64,000 bases of DNA. It comes from Gekko japonicus (taxonomy: Eukaryota). A model generated the notes under the pieces. The model was not told where the DNA came from. It saw only the letters and a list, made by a program, of their open reading frames with translations, and did not search any database. Each line of letters starts with the position of its first letter. Position 1 is the stretch's first letter. The stretch is from the NCBI RefSeq assembly GCF_001447785.1, contig NW_015167530.1, positions 254,474 through 318,473 on the forward strand. The letters run 5' to 3'. Positions 52,371 to 64,000 of this stretch are shown here, piece by piece. Both the position numbers and the translations under genes were made by a program.

Positions 52371-53504
52371 GCTTACAAACTCCTTTCCCTTCCCCTCCCC
52401 ACAACAGACACCCTGTGAGGTAGGTGGGGCTGAGAGAGCTCTTGACAGAAACTGCTCTTTTTCAAGAACAGCTCTTGTCAGAGCTACGGCTTGCCCAAGG
52501 CCATCCAGCCAGGTGCAAGTGGAGGAGTGGGGAATCAAACCCGGTTCTCCCAGATTAGAGTCCACGCACTTAACCACTACACAAAACTACACAAAACAGC
52601 AAAACATATTAAAAACCATACATAAAGTAATCATTATGACAATGAAATATAATTACTGTAAGGTAAGACTTTTTTTATTTTATCTTTGTTTTTTTGCTGA
52701 AAAAGTTATTAATGAACTCTTCAGTTTCTCAACAGTTTTCTGCACTGCATCCGCAAGCATTTTTTCTTGTACTCTTCTTCCTTGCTTTCAATTCAGCAGT
52801 CTCTCTTTCTAACCTCCCTTTGAAATTCCTTTCTAAGAGAACTGCTACTTTTAGGTCAGCAACTGAATGTTCTGAAAGGTTAAAAATACTGATTTTGCAG
52901 ACCAAAATTTTAAAACTGACCAAATACTGACAAAAAAACTTACGAATTATTGAACAATTTAATGTCAGCCTATTGGTAAGTTAGGTGGCCACAGTGTCTC
53001 AGAGGTTAAGACGCTGAGCAGTTTGAGACCTTAGTGCCGCGTTACGGAGTGAACTCCTGTCTCTGGCTCCAGCTCCTGCCAACCTAGCAGTTCGAAAACA
53101 AGAAATTTCAAGTAGATAAATAGGTACCACTTTGGTGGGAAGGAAACAGTGTTCCATGTGCCTCAGCATTTAGACACGCCGGGCACATGACCACGGAAAT
53201 GTCTTTGGATAGCACTGGCTCTTCGGGTTGGAAACGGAGATGAGCACTGCATCCCTAGAGTCGGGTTTGACTGGCTTTCGAGCAAGGGAAACCTTTACCT
53301 TTTATTGATAAATTAGCCTTTTAAAAGTAAAACCAGGACTTCATTAAAAATTATTATTATCTGGCCTCCGCCATCCCCATAGCCAGCCATTGCACACCTT
53401 TTTATTGATTTTTAAAAATGAAGATAGGACAATGTTTTCATTATTGTACAAAATTTAGGGCAAAAACAGATTCCCTTTTAAAAATAATCAGATACTGCAG
53501 ATCA

Positions 53505-53777
53505 GAAGAAGAGGAGATTGGATTTATACCCCATGCCCTTCACTACCCAAAGGTGTCTCAGAGCGGCTTACAAACTCCTTTCCCTTCCCCTCCCCACAAC
53601 AGACACCCTGTGAGGTAGGTGGGGCTGAGAGAGCTCTTGACAGAAACTGCTCTTTTTCAAGAACAGCTCTTGTCAGAGCTACGGCTTGCCCAAGGCCATC
53701 CAGCCAGGTGCAAGTGGAGGAGTGGGGAATCAAACCCGGTTCTCCCAGATTAGAGTCCGCGCACTTAACCACTACAC
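53505..53777 (-). mobile_element. Squam3 SINE (duplicate at 52371-52582)
   Basis: Reverse complement of the 41471 and 16081 family. Confidence 0.88.
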
Positions 53778-54389
53778 AAAACTACACAAAACAGCAAAAC
53801 ATATTAAAAACCATACATAAAGTAATCATTATGACAATGAAATATAATTACTGTAAGGTAAGACTTTTTTTATTTTATCTTTGTTTTTTTGCTGAAAAAG
53901 TTATTAATGAACTCTTCAGTTTCTCAACAGTTTTCTGCACTGCATCCGCAAGCATTTTTTCTTGTACTCTTCTTCCTTGCTTTCTCCACTCCTCCTAGCA
54001 TGAGCTGTGTCATGTTGAATCCCACAATATCCTTTTTCTCAGTAACCTCCTTTACACGTTTGGTTGCATCACTTGACAACATTTGAACAATTATCCTATT
54101 CTTGTTCTGTTCTTGTCCCAGCTTTTTCAGTTTTGCTTCCTTCTCTTGTATACTATCCTTTTCACTGTCTATCTTCTTGAACCGTTCTAACTCCTCTGCC
54201 TTTTCACTTTCTTTTTGCTCCTTCTCTTTAATGACACACTGTTCATCACAATATTGCTTATAATGAACATGGGCTGCTCTTGCCATCTGTAAAAGTTCCT
54301 GTGATATTAACATGATATAAAGTTTCTTTGACCATCAGGTGGGCATTCAAAGTTCACTCTGACATGCTAGCCCTTTCATTGGTTGAAAT

Positions 54390-54593
54390 CAATGCTCCCT
54401 CTAAGCTGTGCAGTCTTGTGAGCAGAAATTCTACTTTGTGAGCTACCGGTATTAAAGTTGTGAGCGAACGATTTAGCTACTGCATAAATTAGTTTGCTCT
54501 GGAGCCATCCTTCCTGAGCTAAGACAAAAATGTGTGAGCCAGAGGCTAAAAGACTGAGCTAGCTCACACTAACTCAGCTTAGAAGGAACACTG
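54390..54593. mobile_element. hAT MITE nested in the transposase
   Basis: TIR caatgctccctctaagctg/cagcttagaaggaacactg; perfect 8-bp TSD GTTGAAAT. Confidence 0.88.
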
Positions 54594-54694
54594 GTTGAAA
54601 TGTGTCCAGATATTGAAAACCCTCTTTCTATGTTCGCACTACCATGTGATAATGCTGTTTTCACCACCTTGGTAACCAGTGGGTATTTTGGATC

Positions 54695-55645
54695 TCCAGA
54701 TGGTTTTGTCTTTTCAAAGAACTGATTCCAGTACGTATCAATGCGACAAGTCTCACTGGCAATTTCATCTTCACATCTAAGAAGTTTCCATTCATCCACA
54801 ATCATGTCCAGTGGAATATCCATCGGGTATTCCAGATGGTTTTGTCTTTTCAAAGAACTGATTCCAGTACGTATCAATGCGACAAGTCTCACTGGCAATT
54901 TCATCTTCACGTCTAAGAAGTTTCCATTCATCCACAATCACGTCCAGTGGAATATCCATCGGGTATTCCAGATGGTTTTGTCTTTTCAAAGAACTGATTC
55001 CAGTACATATCAATGCGACAAGTTTCACTGGCAATTTCATCTTCACGTCTAAGAAGTTTCCATTCATCCACAATCATGTCCAGTGGAATATCCATCGGGT
55101 ATTCCAGATGGTTTTGTCTTTTCAAAGAACTGATTCCAGTACATATCAATGCGACAAGTTTCACTGGCAATTTCATCTTCACGTCTAAGAAGTTTCCATT
55201 CATCCACAATCACGTCCAGTGGAATATCCATCGGGTATTCCAGATGGTTTTGTCTTTTCAAAGAACTGATTCCAGTACATATCAATGCGACAAGTTTCAC
55301 TGGCAATTTCATCTTCACGTCTAAGAAGTTTCCATTCATCCACAATCACGTCCAGTGGAATATCCATCGGGTATTCCAGATGGTTTTGTCTTTTCAAAGA
55401 ACTGATTCCAGTACATATCAATGCGACAAGTTTCACTGGCAATTTCATCTTCACGTCTAAGAAGTTTCCATTCATCCACAATCACGTCCAGTGGAATATC
55501 CATCGGGTATTCCAGATGGTTTTGTCTTTTCAAAGAACTGATTCCAGTACATATCAATGCGACAAGTTTCACTGGCAATTTCATCTTCACGTCTAAGAAG
55601 TTTCCATTCATCCACAATCACGTCCAGTGGAATATCCATCGGGTA
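54695..55645. repeat. 7 x 136-bp tandem array
   Basis: Units start at 54695, 54831, 54967, 55103, 55239, 55375 and 55511; near-identical. Confidence 0.98.
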
Positions 55646-58600
55646 AACTGACAAATTACTGACCAAGATAAAAAAAACCTGACTTTTACTGACCATTTTC
55701 CACCCCTGGATGACATCATCTTTGCAGTTGATTTTGTTTCCTTGCCCATAAGAAATGCACAGTCGAAAGTGCTATGCCCCCCTCTAGTGGGCATTTTGTA
55801 AAGTCACTTTTCAATAGGGCTAAATTACCAATTGCTGGACCCTGTTCATCATATCCCTCAATCCCCAGTACATGGACACTTGCCAACTGATAACTATAAA
55901 AAATTGATAATTATACATCTGCAAGGACTTGTGGGGGCATCTCATTTTCTCCTCCCTCACTATTTCCTCTTTCCGTTCCCTGAAAGCCCCCATAGAGTTT
56001 TTCTCCTTTCCGGCTTCCTTTTCTTCTTCCCACCCATCAGCCTACTTACCTTTATGTGCCCCCCCCCTCCATCCAGTTTTCCCTCCTTCCCTACCCCTAG
56101 CAGCCTCTCCCTGAGAAAAGTTTGGCTAAATTGCAGTGCTGGCCCTGGGCCATGCCTAGTTGTGTGTACTTTTTTTTTTTTAAGGTTTCAGATTTCCCCA
56201 TAAATCTGAGGTTTTTCTCAGGTTCATAGAAAGATCTGTTTAGTCTGATCATGGGTCCATTCCCTGAATTTAAGTATCCATAGATTTGGCCATGCTGAGA
56301 AATAGACATATTGACAAGTGGGGACTCCCTCTAACCCTTACCTCCCCCATCACTGCCACCAAGACAGGCATGTTTCCCAGCCTCTGAGGCTTCTCCACAC
56401 CACCACCATCGATGCTGGTGAGACCTGCACAACACCCAGGAACCACCATGGGGCCCACTTAGGCTTCCTCCTCCCCCACCAGCAGCAAAGGGCAGTAGCT
56501 GCACAAGGCGTAGTGGGGCTCCCCACCCCCCGGTCACTGATGGCAAGCCACTTGCAGCTCCCAACTTCCATCACTGGGCCTGCCAAGGCTTCTTGCTTTC
56601 ACCCACTGTTGTTGCTGCCACTGGATAGAGGAGGAAGAGGTGGTAAGTACATTGTCTGTGCATGCGCAGAAAACAATTTTATTGGCAGAGGGATTTAAAC
56701 CCCCAATGCATTTTTAAACCTTTTTGAGTTTTTTCTGCAAACCTGGGGAGTCCCCCAAGTTTGCCAAACTATCTGTTCTTAGTCAGTGTAGGCCCAGTCC
56801 ATGGATTTAAGTATCTGCAGATCAGCCTACACCTGACTATTAGAATTTAAGATATGTATGGGATGTTAGCAACCTGACAAGGAAAAAATTCCACTCTGTC
56901 TTCAAGTGTTCTGAAGGGCGCGTTTGAAAGCTTCTGTTTCTTGATAAAACACAAAAGCCATATTGTAAAAATCAGACATTCCTGCAGTCTTTGACACATA
57001 AAACAATTATGCATGTGGTTAAGGGCACCCCGTCCATAAAGCATCTTGCAAATTGCCATCTACCACTGTGCAAGTACAGGAACTGAATGCATATTAGCCT
57101 CCTACGAATCAAAGCTTAGTTTTTTAAGGTCTCTAGCTTTTATGACACTAAGACAGACTTGAAAGTGTTTGGTGGGGTCCAATCATATCAGGGCATTAGG
57201 AAGAACTGCTAGGGCTTCAGCCCTCTGTATAGCTTTTCCTTCTTCCAAACATTAGCAGATGTGGAATCATACAACATGAATATTTGAGCATTTGCTTCAT
57301 TTGCAAAATTCATACAGGTTGCCTAGCAGGCAAAGTAGGGTCTTCAGTGATAGGAGGGGAACTTTTAGAAATCACTACCCTGTCTTCTGAGACAGAAAGT
57401 ACCTGTAGGTCTTTGGAACTGCAGGCTGGGATACACGCCAGATGAATTTCCAACAAGATTTTTAGAACTATGTGAAAATCAAAACTGCTTTTCTATTTTT
57501 GTCAAAATCTTAAACAAGGAATAGGTAAGTGGGGAGATACGAGTTTCTGATGCAGTGGCATCATAAATTGAGCCATTCACTGGAATGTGCTATGAGAACC
57601 TTTATTTTATTTATTTATTTAATTCCACTTATACCCCGCCCTCCCCTTAATTTTCATTCATTTCATGCAAAATCATTCTTCTACTGTCAGCAAGATCCCA
57701 GAATATCCCCAGGTTCTGCTGACAGATGGATTTTTAAAAGAAAAAAACAAAAGCATCTGAAAATTTCACTAGCCAACGTTCACTGGAAGAACAATTCCAT
57801 TTTTCAGACATGAAACTGGACATATAACTGTGGCTTGACCCTGTTCCAAGATATCAGAGGTATCCATTTACTAACTACCATGTTTATGATTAAGAGTACA
57901 ATTACAGAATAAATGGCACTTATTTTATAGGACTCATGTTGAACCAATAAAATAATCCCAAAATATAAACTCTGAACTCATGAGTGGAAAGACTATATGC
58001 CTGTATTTTTCCCACGTCGTTCAGTACTGAATTCTAACAATGCTTCCCACACTTAAGAAACACTTCCACCAGCAGAAAAGGGGGAAATATTTGCTGATTC
58101 CCCCTCCAGTTGCAGAACCCCACTTTCTTCTGCCACCATGGTGGTCCCAGGGGCCAACAAACCCAGGGAGCACAGCAGCAAGAAGGGGAGACAGGATGGC
58201 TACTTCTAGAAACCCTGCTCTATTTGCACTAGATAGAATCCACCCCTTACTATTTAGGGAACCATTTGCTCATCTCTGCCAATCAAGGAAGGGAGGGTGA
58301 CACAGCATCCAGTTAAGAGCCCTTGCATTTTGCCTAAAGGCTTTAGGATTACACATATTAATTACAAGACAGAAAAACATCAATGTTTCAACTTGTAACG
58401 ACAGTCCCAACAGATATTATACTTACCAGGTACCATCGCAAAAAAAAAAAAATTATTTGTGTTACCACTTTACCATGTATAAATCTTGCTCCCTTCCATG
58501 ACATAAAAGCAATACACACACACCAGTTGAACACCAGATGGTGTGATGCCCCAGTGAACACAATCATTCCCTCAGTTTGAGAGAGAAGGACAATGAACTG

Positions 58601-58683
58601 GGCTATCTTATATAAGGCTTCTGCATAGTATATTGGATCAAGCTTAATGTCAAGGGTGTATACCTGCTTCAGCACCACCATCA

Positions 58684-59001
<318 letters not shown>

Positions 59002-61596
59002 TCATTAAAGTCAAGCCTTAGAACAGTTTTAGAGCCAAACAAATGGAGAGGCTATCCTGGTAGTCTGCAGTAATCTTCCTTCAGGCAACAAGAAGAGACT
59101 AATCTCTGCCTAATAGCCAAAAATCAAAGTAGTTCAGTTATGTCTGAAGAGAAAAGGATATTTTGCCTCTGAATGTTAAGACCTTAATCAAAAACCATCA
59201 GCTTCTCTTGGATGCAAACACCAACATGCACGTATGAATTTAATTTTTTTTAAAAAAGCTCTTTGCCCCAAGGGACTTAGCATCTCAAATTTGACAAAGG
59301 GGAGACAAAGAAGGAAAGGAGGAGGATCTAAAGATAAATAAGAATGTTTATCTCCAGTTATACATTGTTTGTTTCAAAAGATGATTCAGGACTGAAGTGT
59401 TGGTGTCTGAGGTCTCACAGACAAGGTGGGCTGTGAGCAGAGATGAGAAGGAAGGGTGTGGTGGCATGGCTATGCTGCCTTGTTTTCTAACCAGAACAGC
59501 TTCAGGCCTCACCTTTTTCAAGCAAGTGATTTAAGGAGGTATGGAGAACTCCGGAAGTAACAATGTTGTCTCGTTCTTCACACTTCACAGGCACCTGAAG
59601 TAGCCATTCATCATACAACATGCCCAAACACGTAAGTCCACATTTTGAGAGGCACTACAAGCTAATGCTCTGTGTATCTTTCCTTTTGTACTTGAAGAGC
59701 TAACACAGAGGATAATTCTGCCTCCAATCTCCACAGTTGCTTCCCATATCATATCTAATATACATTTATACTCAGATCGACCTTCAATCATTTCAAGAAA
59801 CTCAGAAACATATTTAAGTTCTTTCGGAAGAATACACCACTACTTCAGGTTTGGTTGGTATTATATTGACCCTTAGTTTATTCCAAGACTTGCAAGACAA
59901 AATCCCTAATACTTATTCTACACTACAGGCTTCGATCTACCAGTACTTTCCATTGTGTGGAAGGGATTTCAATTTGCAGAACACAACTTCCTTGCATTCC
60001 CCTTCTACTGCAGTCCCAAATGATCCTCACAATACTGTTTTCAGGCGACAGGAAGTACCCAGGAACAGCCCGGGGGGGGGGGTGCCATTGCTGTGCTGTG
60101 GGATGGGGGAAAGCAGTAAAAAATGCCTACTTCCATCAGCAGAAATTCTCCATGAATGCAACACAGACCTTAGTAGTTTAGAATTCAAAAGAACACAACT
60201 ATTAATCTGATTGTAAGTTAGGTGCTGGTCTTGACACACCAGTCTTCCTGTGGGTATACAGTCTATTTATATTCTTATGTTCCCATGTAGCTATGAAAAA
60301 AAATTAATACTTTGTCAAAGAAAAATTCCCTTTTGTAAAGTAATCATAGGTAATTGTTTTGCTTAGTTCAGAATTACAATCCTTTAACTAGTAATATACA
60401 GTTTGCCTTTTCTATCTGAAAAATTCAAATATTTGTGTGTACTCAACTTCTTTGCCCTGTAGTTGCAAATTGTTTTGTGATGTGGGGACTTCTGATTCAA
60501 CACATGGGTGATCAAGTAATTTTTTTTAATGAAGGCTGAACTAAGCCTATCAACCATTATTTTAATGTTATTGGACATTACTGATCAGACAAACAAATAC
60601 GATCTTTCTCTTCTGATGAAGTCAGTACCTGTGAACTTTGATCCTTTTCTTTGGTTACACATGTCCCTGCCTCAGTTGCAAATACTTTAGAGTTCACAAA
60701 AAGAAAAGGCAACATTGCTGTAACCAAAAGAGCCAGAGAAGAACTTGAGAGGTCAACTGACACTGTGTTTTGAGCAATATTTCATGACATCGTGCTGATG
60801 TCAGCTTCCCACCAGTATTTCATAGGTGTGTTATAGAAGAAGCTTCACACACACACATTACCTTGTTTCAACTTTCTCTAACTTCCACGCATTCAACATG
60901 GGATGTTTAAATGCAGCCCACGGGCATTTGTTTTATAGAGGGCAGTCAACAAGCAATGGTTAATACTGGTGGTATATGCAAATAATTCCATCAGATGGGC
61001 CACCTGACAGAATAACCAGTCAGCAAGTGAAGTGTTTGATGTTACTGATTTTACATTGCTGCTTTTTAGAAAAGTTACTTTGGGGCTGAAAGCACATGGA
61101 ACATAGGGTCTGAGGACCCACCTTGCCCCTGCCATTGTAGGTGAACAGTGGCTTCTGTGGAGCAGCAATGCACCCTACCCAAGGAACAACTCTGCTAGCA
61201 CTTTCCAAATCCACAACACTTATCAATGTCAGAATGAGCATGCATCATCCTGCACTACACAAGGTTATTCATAAGTATTTTCATTCTGTAGCTTACTCTT
61301 AAGATCTATGTTTTCACTCTAAACTAACCTGAAAGCAGCATTGGCCTGTTTAGCCTGTTTAGCCTGGTAACTCCAGCACTTCTCGCTAGGGAGACTGATC
61401 TGTAGAATTCTGTCTTGTCAGCCCCACATTCAGGCTGAAAACTCTTTCCACATAGGGAAGCAAAACAACAACATTTCTTCTGCTCTGATGCAAGCAGGAC
61501 AGCCTGCTCCTTCATGTCATTTGACAGTCAGTGGACCAAGCAAAACAAGTTACCAGGAAATTCGATTATTAATGCAAAATGAATTTTTTTTTTTAC

Positions 61597-61672
61597 CAGG
61601 AACTCCAGTTTTGGCAATAGCTGCAGCAGCATGATCTTGAGTGGAGAAAATGTTGCAGCTTGACCACTGCAC
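61597..61672 (-). CDS. AHCY: AHCY exon 3
   Basis: ttccag|GTG CAG TGG...CCT G|gtaaaa; [25 protein letters not shown]; 76 nt; not in the ORF track. Confidence 0.97.
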
Positions 61673-62751
61673 CTGGAACAAACAAGCCCAAGCACATCCA
61701 TAAACACTAAGCTTTAATTCCGCCCCCCCACCCCCCTGGAACTAAAAAAAACCCCAACAGCTTAGGACAAAAAAATCAGGAAGACACTCATTATCAATTA
61801 TCAGATCAGGAAGCTAATGTGCTTTGTAGGAAACTTCATGGACAGAAATGCAACCCAACAAAGCAAGCAACTGTTAAGAAGCCTGCCTCTACAAGACTTC
61901 TAGAATGCTTTCTGCACAACCTGGTTTTATTTTGCCTGCTTTTCTACTGAAGTAGCACTCAAAGGGAGCTTCCAGATAAGAATAAAAATTAACAGAATTA
62001 AAAGCTGCAGTCTTAAAAATGGCAACTTGCAGCAGCACAACCCTCACCATAAAATCTGTACTACAGTAAGCAAATGATCCTAAAATAAAGCAAGCAATAA
62101 AAATAGTATTAAAATGACAGTAAAAATAAACAGCAGAACTTCAGAGAATCGGTTCACCAAATACCCTCCAGAATAAGACAGTTTGTACAGATCATCAGAA
62201 AGCCAAGAGCAAGGCAGCAAATTCCAAATCTAGGGGCCACTATGGAAAAAAACCTGTTCTGTGTCCCACCAACTTCAGCTCTGATTACATGAGCACACAG
62301 AGCACAGCACCAAAGCGCAGCCCCTGACCACAAAGCGTTGTATACGGGCTGAGTGCTCTCAATCCACTAAGCAGCAACTGCAAAACAATTTGGGGTCGGG
62401 AGAAAAGAATTAGCATTGTGCCAAATCTTTATTTCTCTCACCTGCATAATCCCACCATTCCTCCACAGAGCTCAGTGCAGCTTATGTGACTCTCCCTTCG
62501 CCATTTTACCCCCCAAACCATCCTGAGAGGAAATCAAGGCTGACTGGCCACCCAGCAAACTTTACACTACAGTGGGGATTTGAACTTGCATCTCACAGAC
62601 CCTAGATCACATTCTGACCACTATACCAGGCTGGCTCACAAAACAGCATCTTGATGTGTCTTCCACCTTTGGATCTCAAGCACACTTAAGAGACTAGCTG
62701 TATGTATAAAAGGCTTCCACACACTTGTCCTAAAAGGATATCTCTTCAGGG

Positions 62752-62996
62752 GAGGGGCCATGGCTCAGTGGTAGAACATCTACTTGGCATGCAGAAGGTC
62801 CCAGGTTCAGTCTCTAGCATCTGCAGCTGAAAGGACCATGCACTGGGTGATGTGAAAGACCTCTACCTGAGGCCCTTGCAGCTGAAAGGACCAGGCACTA
62901 GATGATGTGAAAGACCTCTACCTGAGGCCCTGGAGAACCACTGCCAGTCTGAGTAGACAATAATGATCTTGATGAACCAATGGTCTGATCCAGTGT
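62752..62996 (+). mobile_element. Squam2-like tRNA-Ala SINE with an internal duplication of about 55 bp
   Basis: Same family as 13603; cagctgaaaggacca...aaagacctctacctgaggccc x2. Confidence 0.75.
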
Positions 62997-63008
62997 ATTT
63001 TTATTTTA

Positions 63009-63371
<363 letters not shown>

Positions 63372-63379
63372 TCATTCAG

Positions 63380-63812
63380 GCATCCTTATTAACATTGACA
63401 GCACAACTGCTACAAAGCTATAAAGAAACATACCGTACAGCAGCTGGAAGAAAGAGAAGGCCTTCTTGATTCCCTCTCAAAGATGACTACTCAACGGATT
63501 ATGCTTCTGTGGTCCTAGATGATGAAGCATTTCTATATTCTGAATACATTTTCACAGCCATACCTTTGATGTATAGGTGGACCAACACCACAAAGCATCC
63601 TTATTGACATTGACAGCACAACTGCTACAAAGCTATAAAGAAACATACCGCACAGCAGCTGGAAGAAAGAGGAGAAGGCCTTCTTGATTCCCTCTTAAAG
63701 ATGACTACTCAACGGATTATGCGCCTATGGTCCTAGATGATGAAGCATTTCTATATTCTGAATACATTTTCACAGCCATACCTTTGATGTATAGGTGGAC
63801 CAACACCACAAA
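63380..63812. repeat. 215/218-bp tandem duplication in AHCY intron 1
   Basis: gcatccttatt...gaccaacaccacaaa x2 with several substitutions and a 3-bp indel. Confidence 0.95.
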
Positions 63813-64000
63813 CCTCAACAGTTGCACCCTTCCAAATTCACTGACTTCAAAAGATTTCAAAGGGCGTAACTCTGCTTAGGATAGCATCACACATTAAGCG
63901 TAGAAGTCCCTAAGCTGTATAAAATGACAGCTTGCACGAAAGAATATTTGTTTTGCTGAGTGTCTACAGAGGTTTAGCTCATGCATATTATATAGAATTG

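Larger units (their letters stand above)
51678..53984. repeat. About 1.19-kb tandem duplication
   Basis: 51678-52286 matches 52866-53474 and 52371-52789 matches 53566-53984. Confidence 0.93.
52887..55708 (-). mobile_element. Internally deleted hAT-like transposon retaining the transposase C-terminus
   Basis: DEWK...IDTYW...KYPLVTKVVKTALSHGSANIERGFS dimerisation motif, then a coiled-coil tail; terminus CAGGGGTGGAAAATGG at 55708; actgac subterminal repeats. Confidence 0.75.

Noticed and set aside
53924-54313. Host coiled-coil protein ORF (129 aa)
   Set aside because: In line with, and downstream of, the hAT dimerisation motif once the nested MITE is removed; it is the transposase tail
54695-55645. 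CRISPR-like array or repeat protein (stacked 93-103 aa ORFs)
   Set aside because: There are no unique spacers, the context is eukaryotic, and the 136-bp period shifts frame; it is a simple tandem repeat of transposase DNA
59593-59850. 11-bp inverted repeat with C/D-like motifs (possible snoRNA); a 13-mer shared with 50552
   Set aside because: No properly placed C box, no recognisable guide, and matches of this length are expected by chance in 64 kb; an Infernal/Rfam scan of the introns would settle it

Overview
Vertebrate (squamate, most likely gecko) genomic DNA, not prokaryotic. The only host gene I can support is AHCY (S-adenosylhomocysteine hydrolase) on the minus strand. Coding exons 2-10 lie between 63313 and 31680 with GT-AG introns, consistent phases and intact catalytic and NAD-binding motifs; exon 1 is beyond the right edge. 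Most other recognisable sequence is nested transposable elements: BovB/RTE, an RTE-X-like LINE, CR1, L2, L1, Penelope-like elements, an internally deleted DIRS1 element, hAT fossils, MITEs, a solo LTR, and Sauria/Squam1, Squam2-like, Squam3 and 5S-derived SINEs. There are also several local tandem duplications (742/849 bp, about 1.19 kb, 215 bp, a 7 x 136-bp array) and two assembly gaps. I found no convincing new multi-gene system. The best leads are Penelope-borne minimal hammerhead ribozyme motifs (one with an intact core in AHCY intron 8), the non-autonomous DIRS with complete ITR/ICR architecture, a transposase-derived VNTR, and inverted young SINEs bracketing AHCY exons 5-8. TE family names come from motif recall rather than database searches, and TE boundaries without a TSD are approximate.
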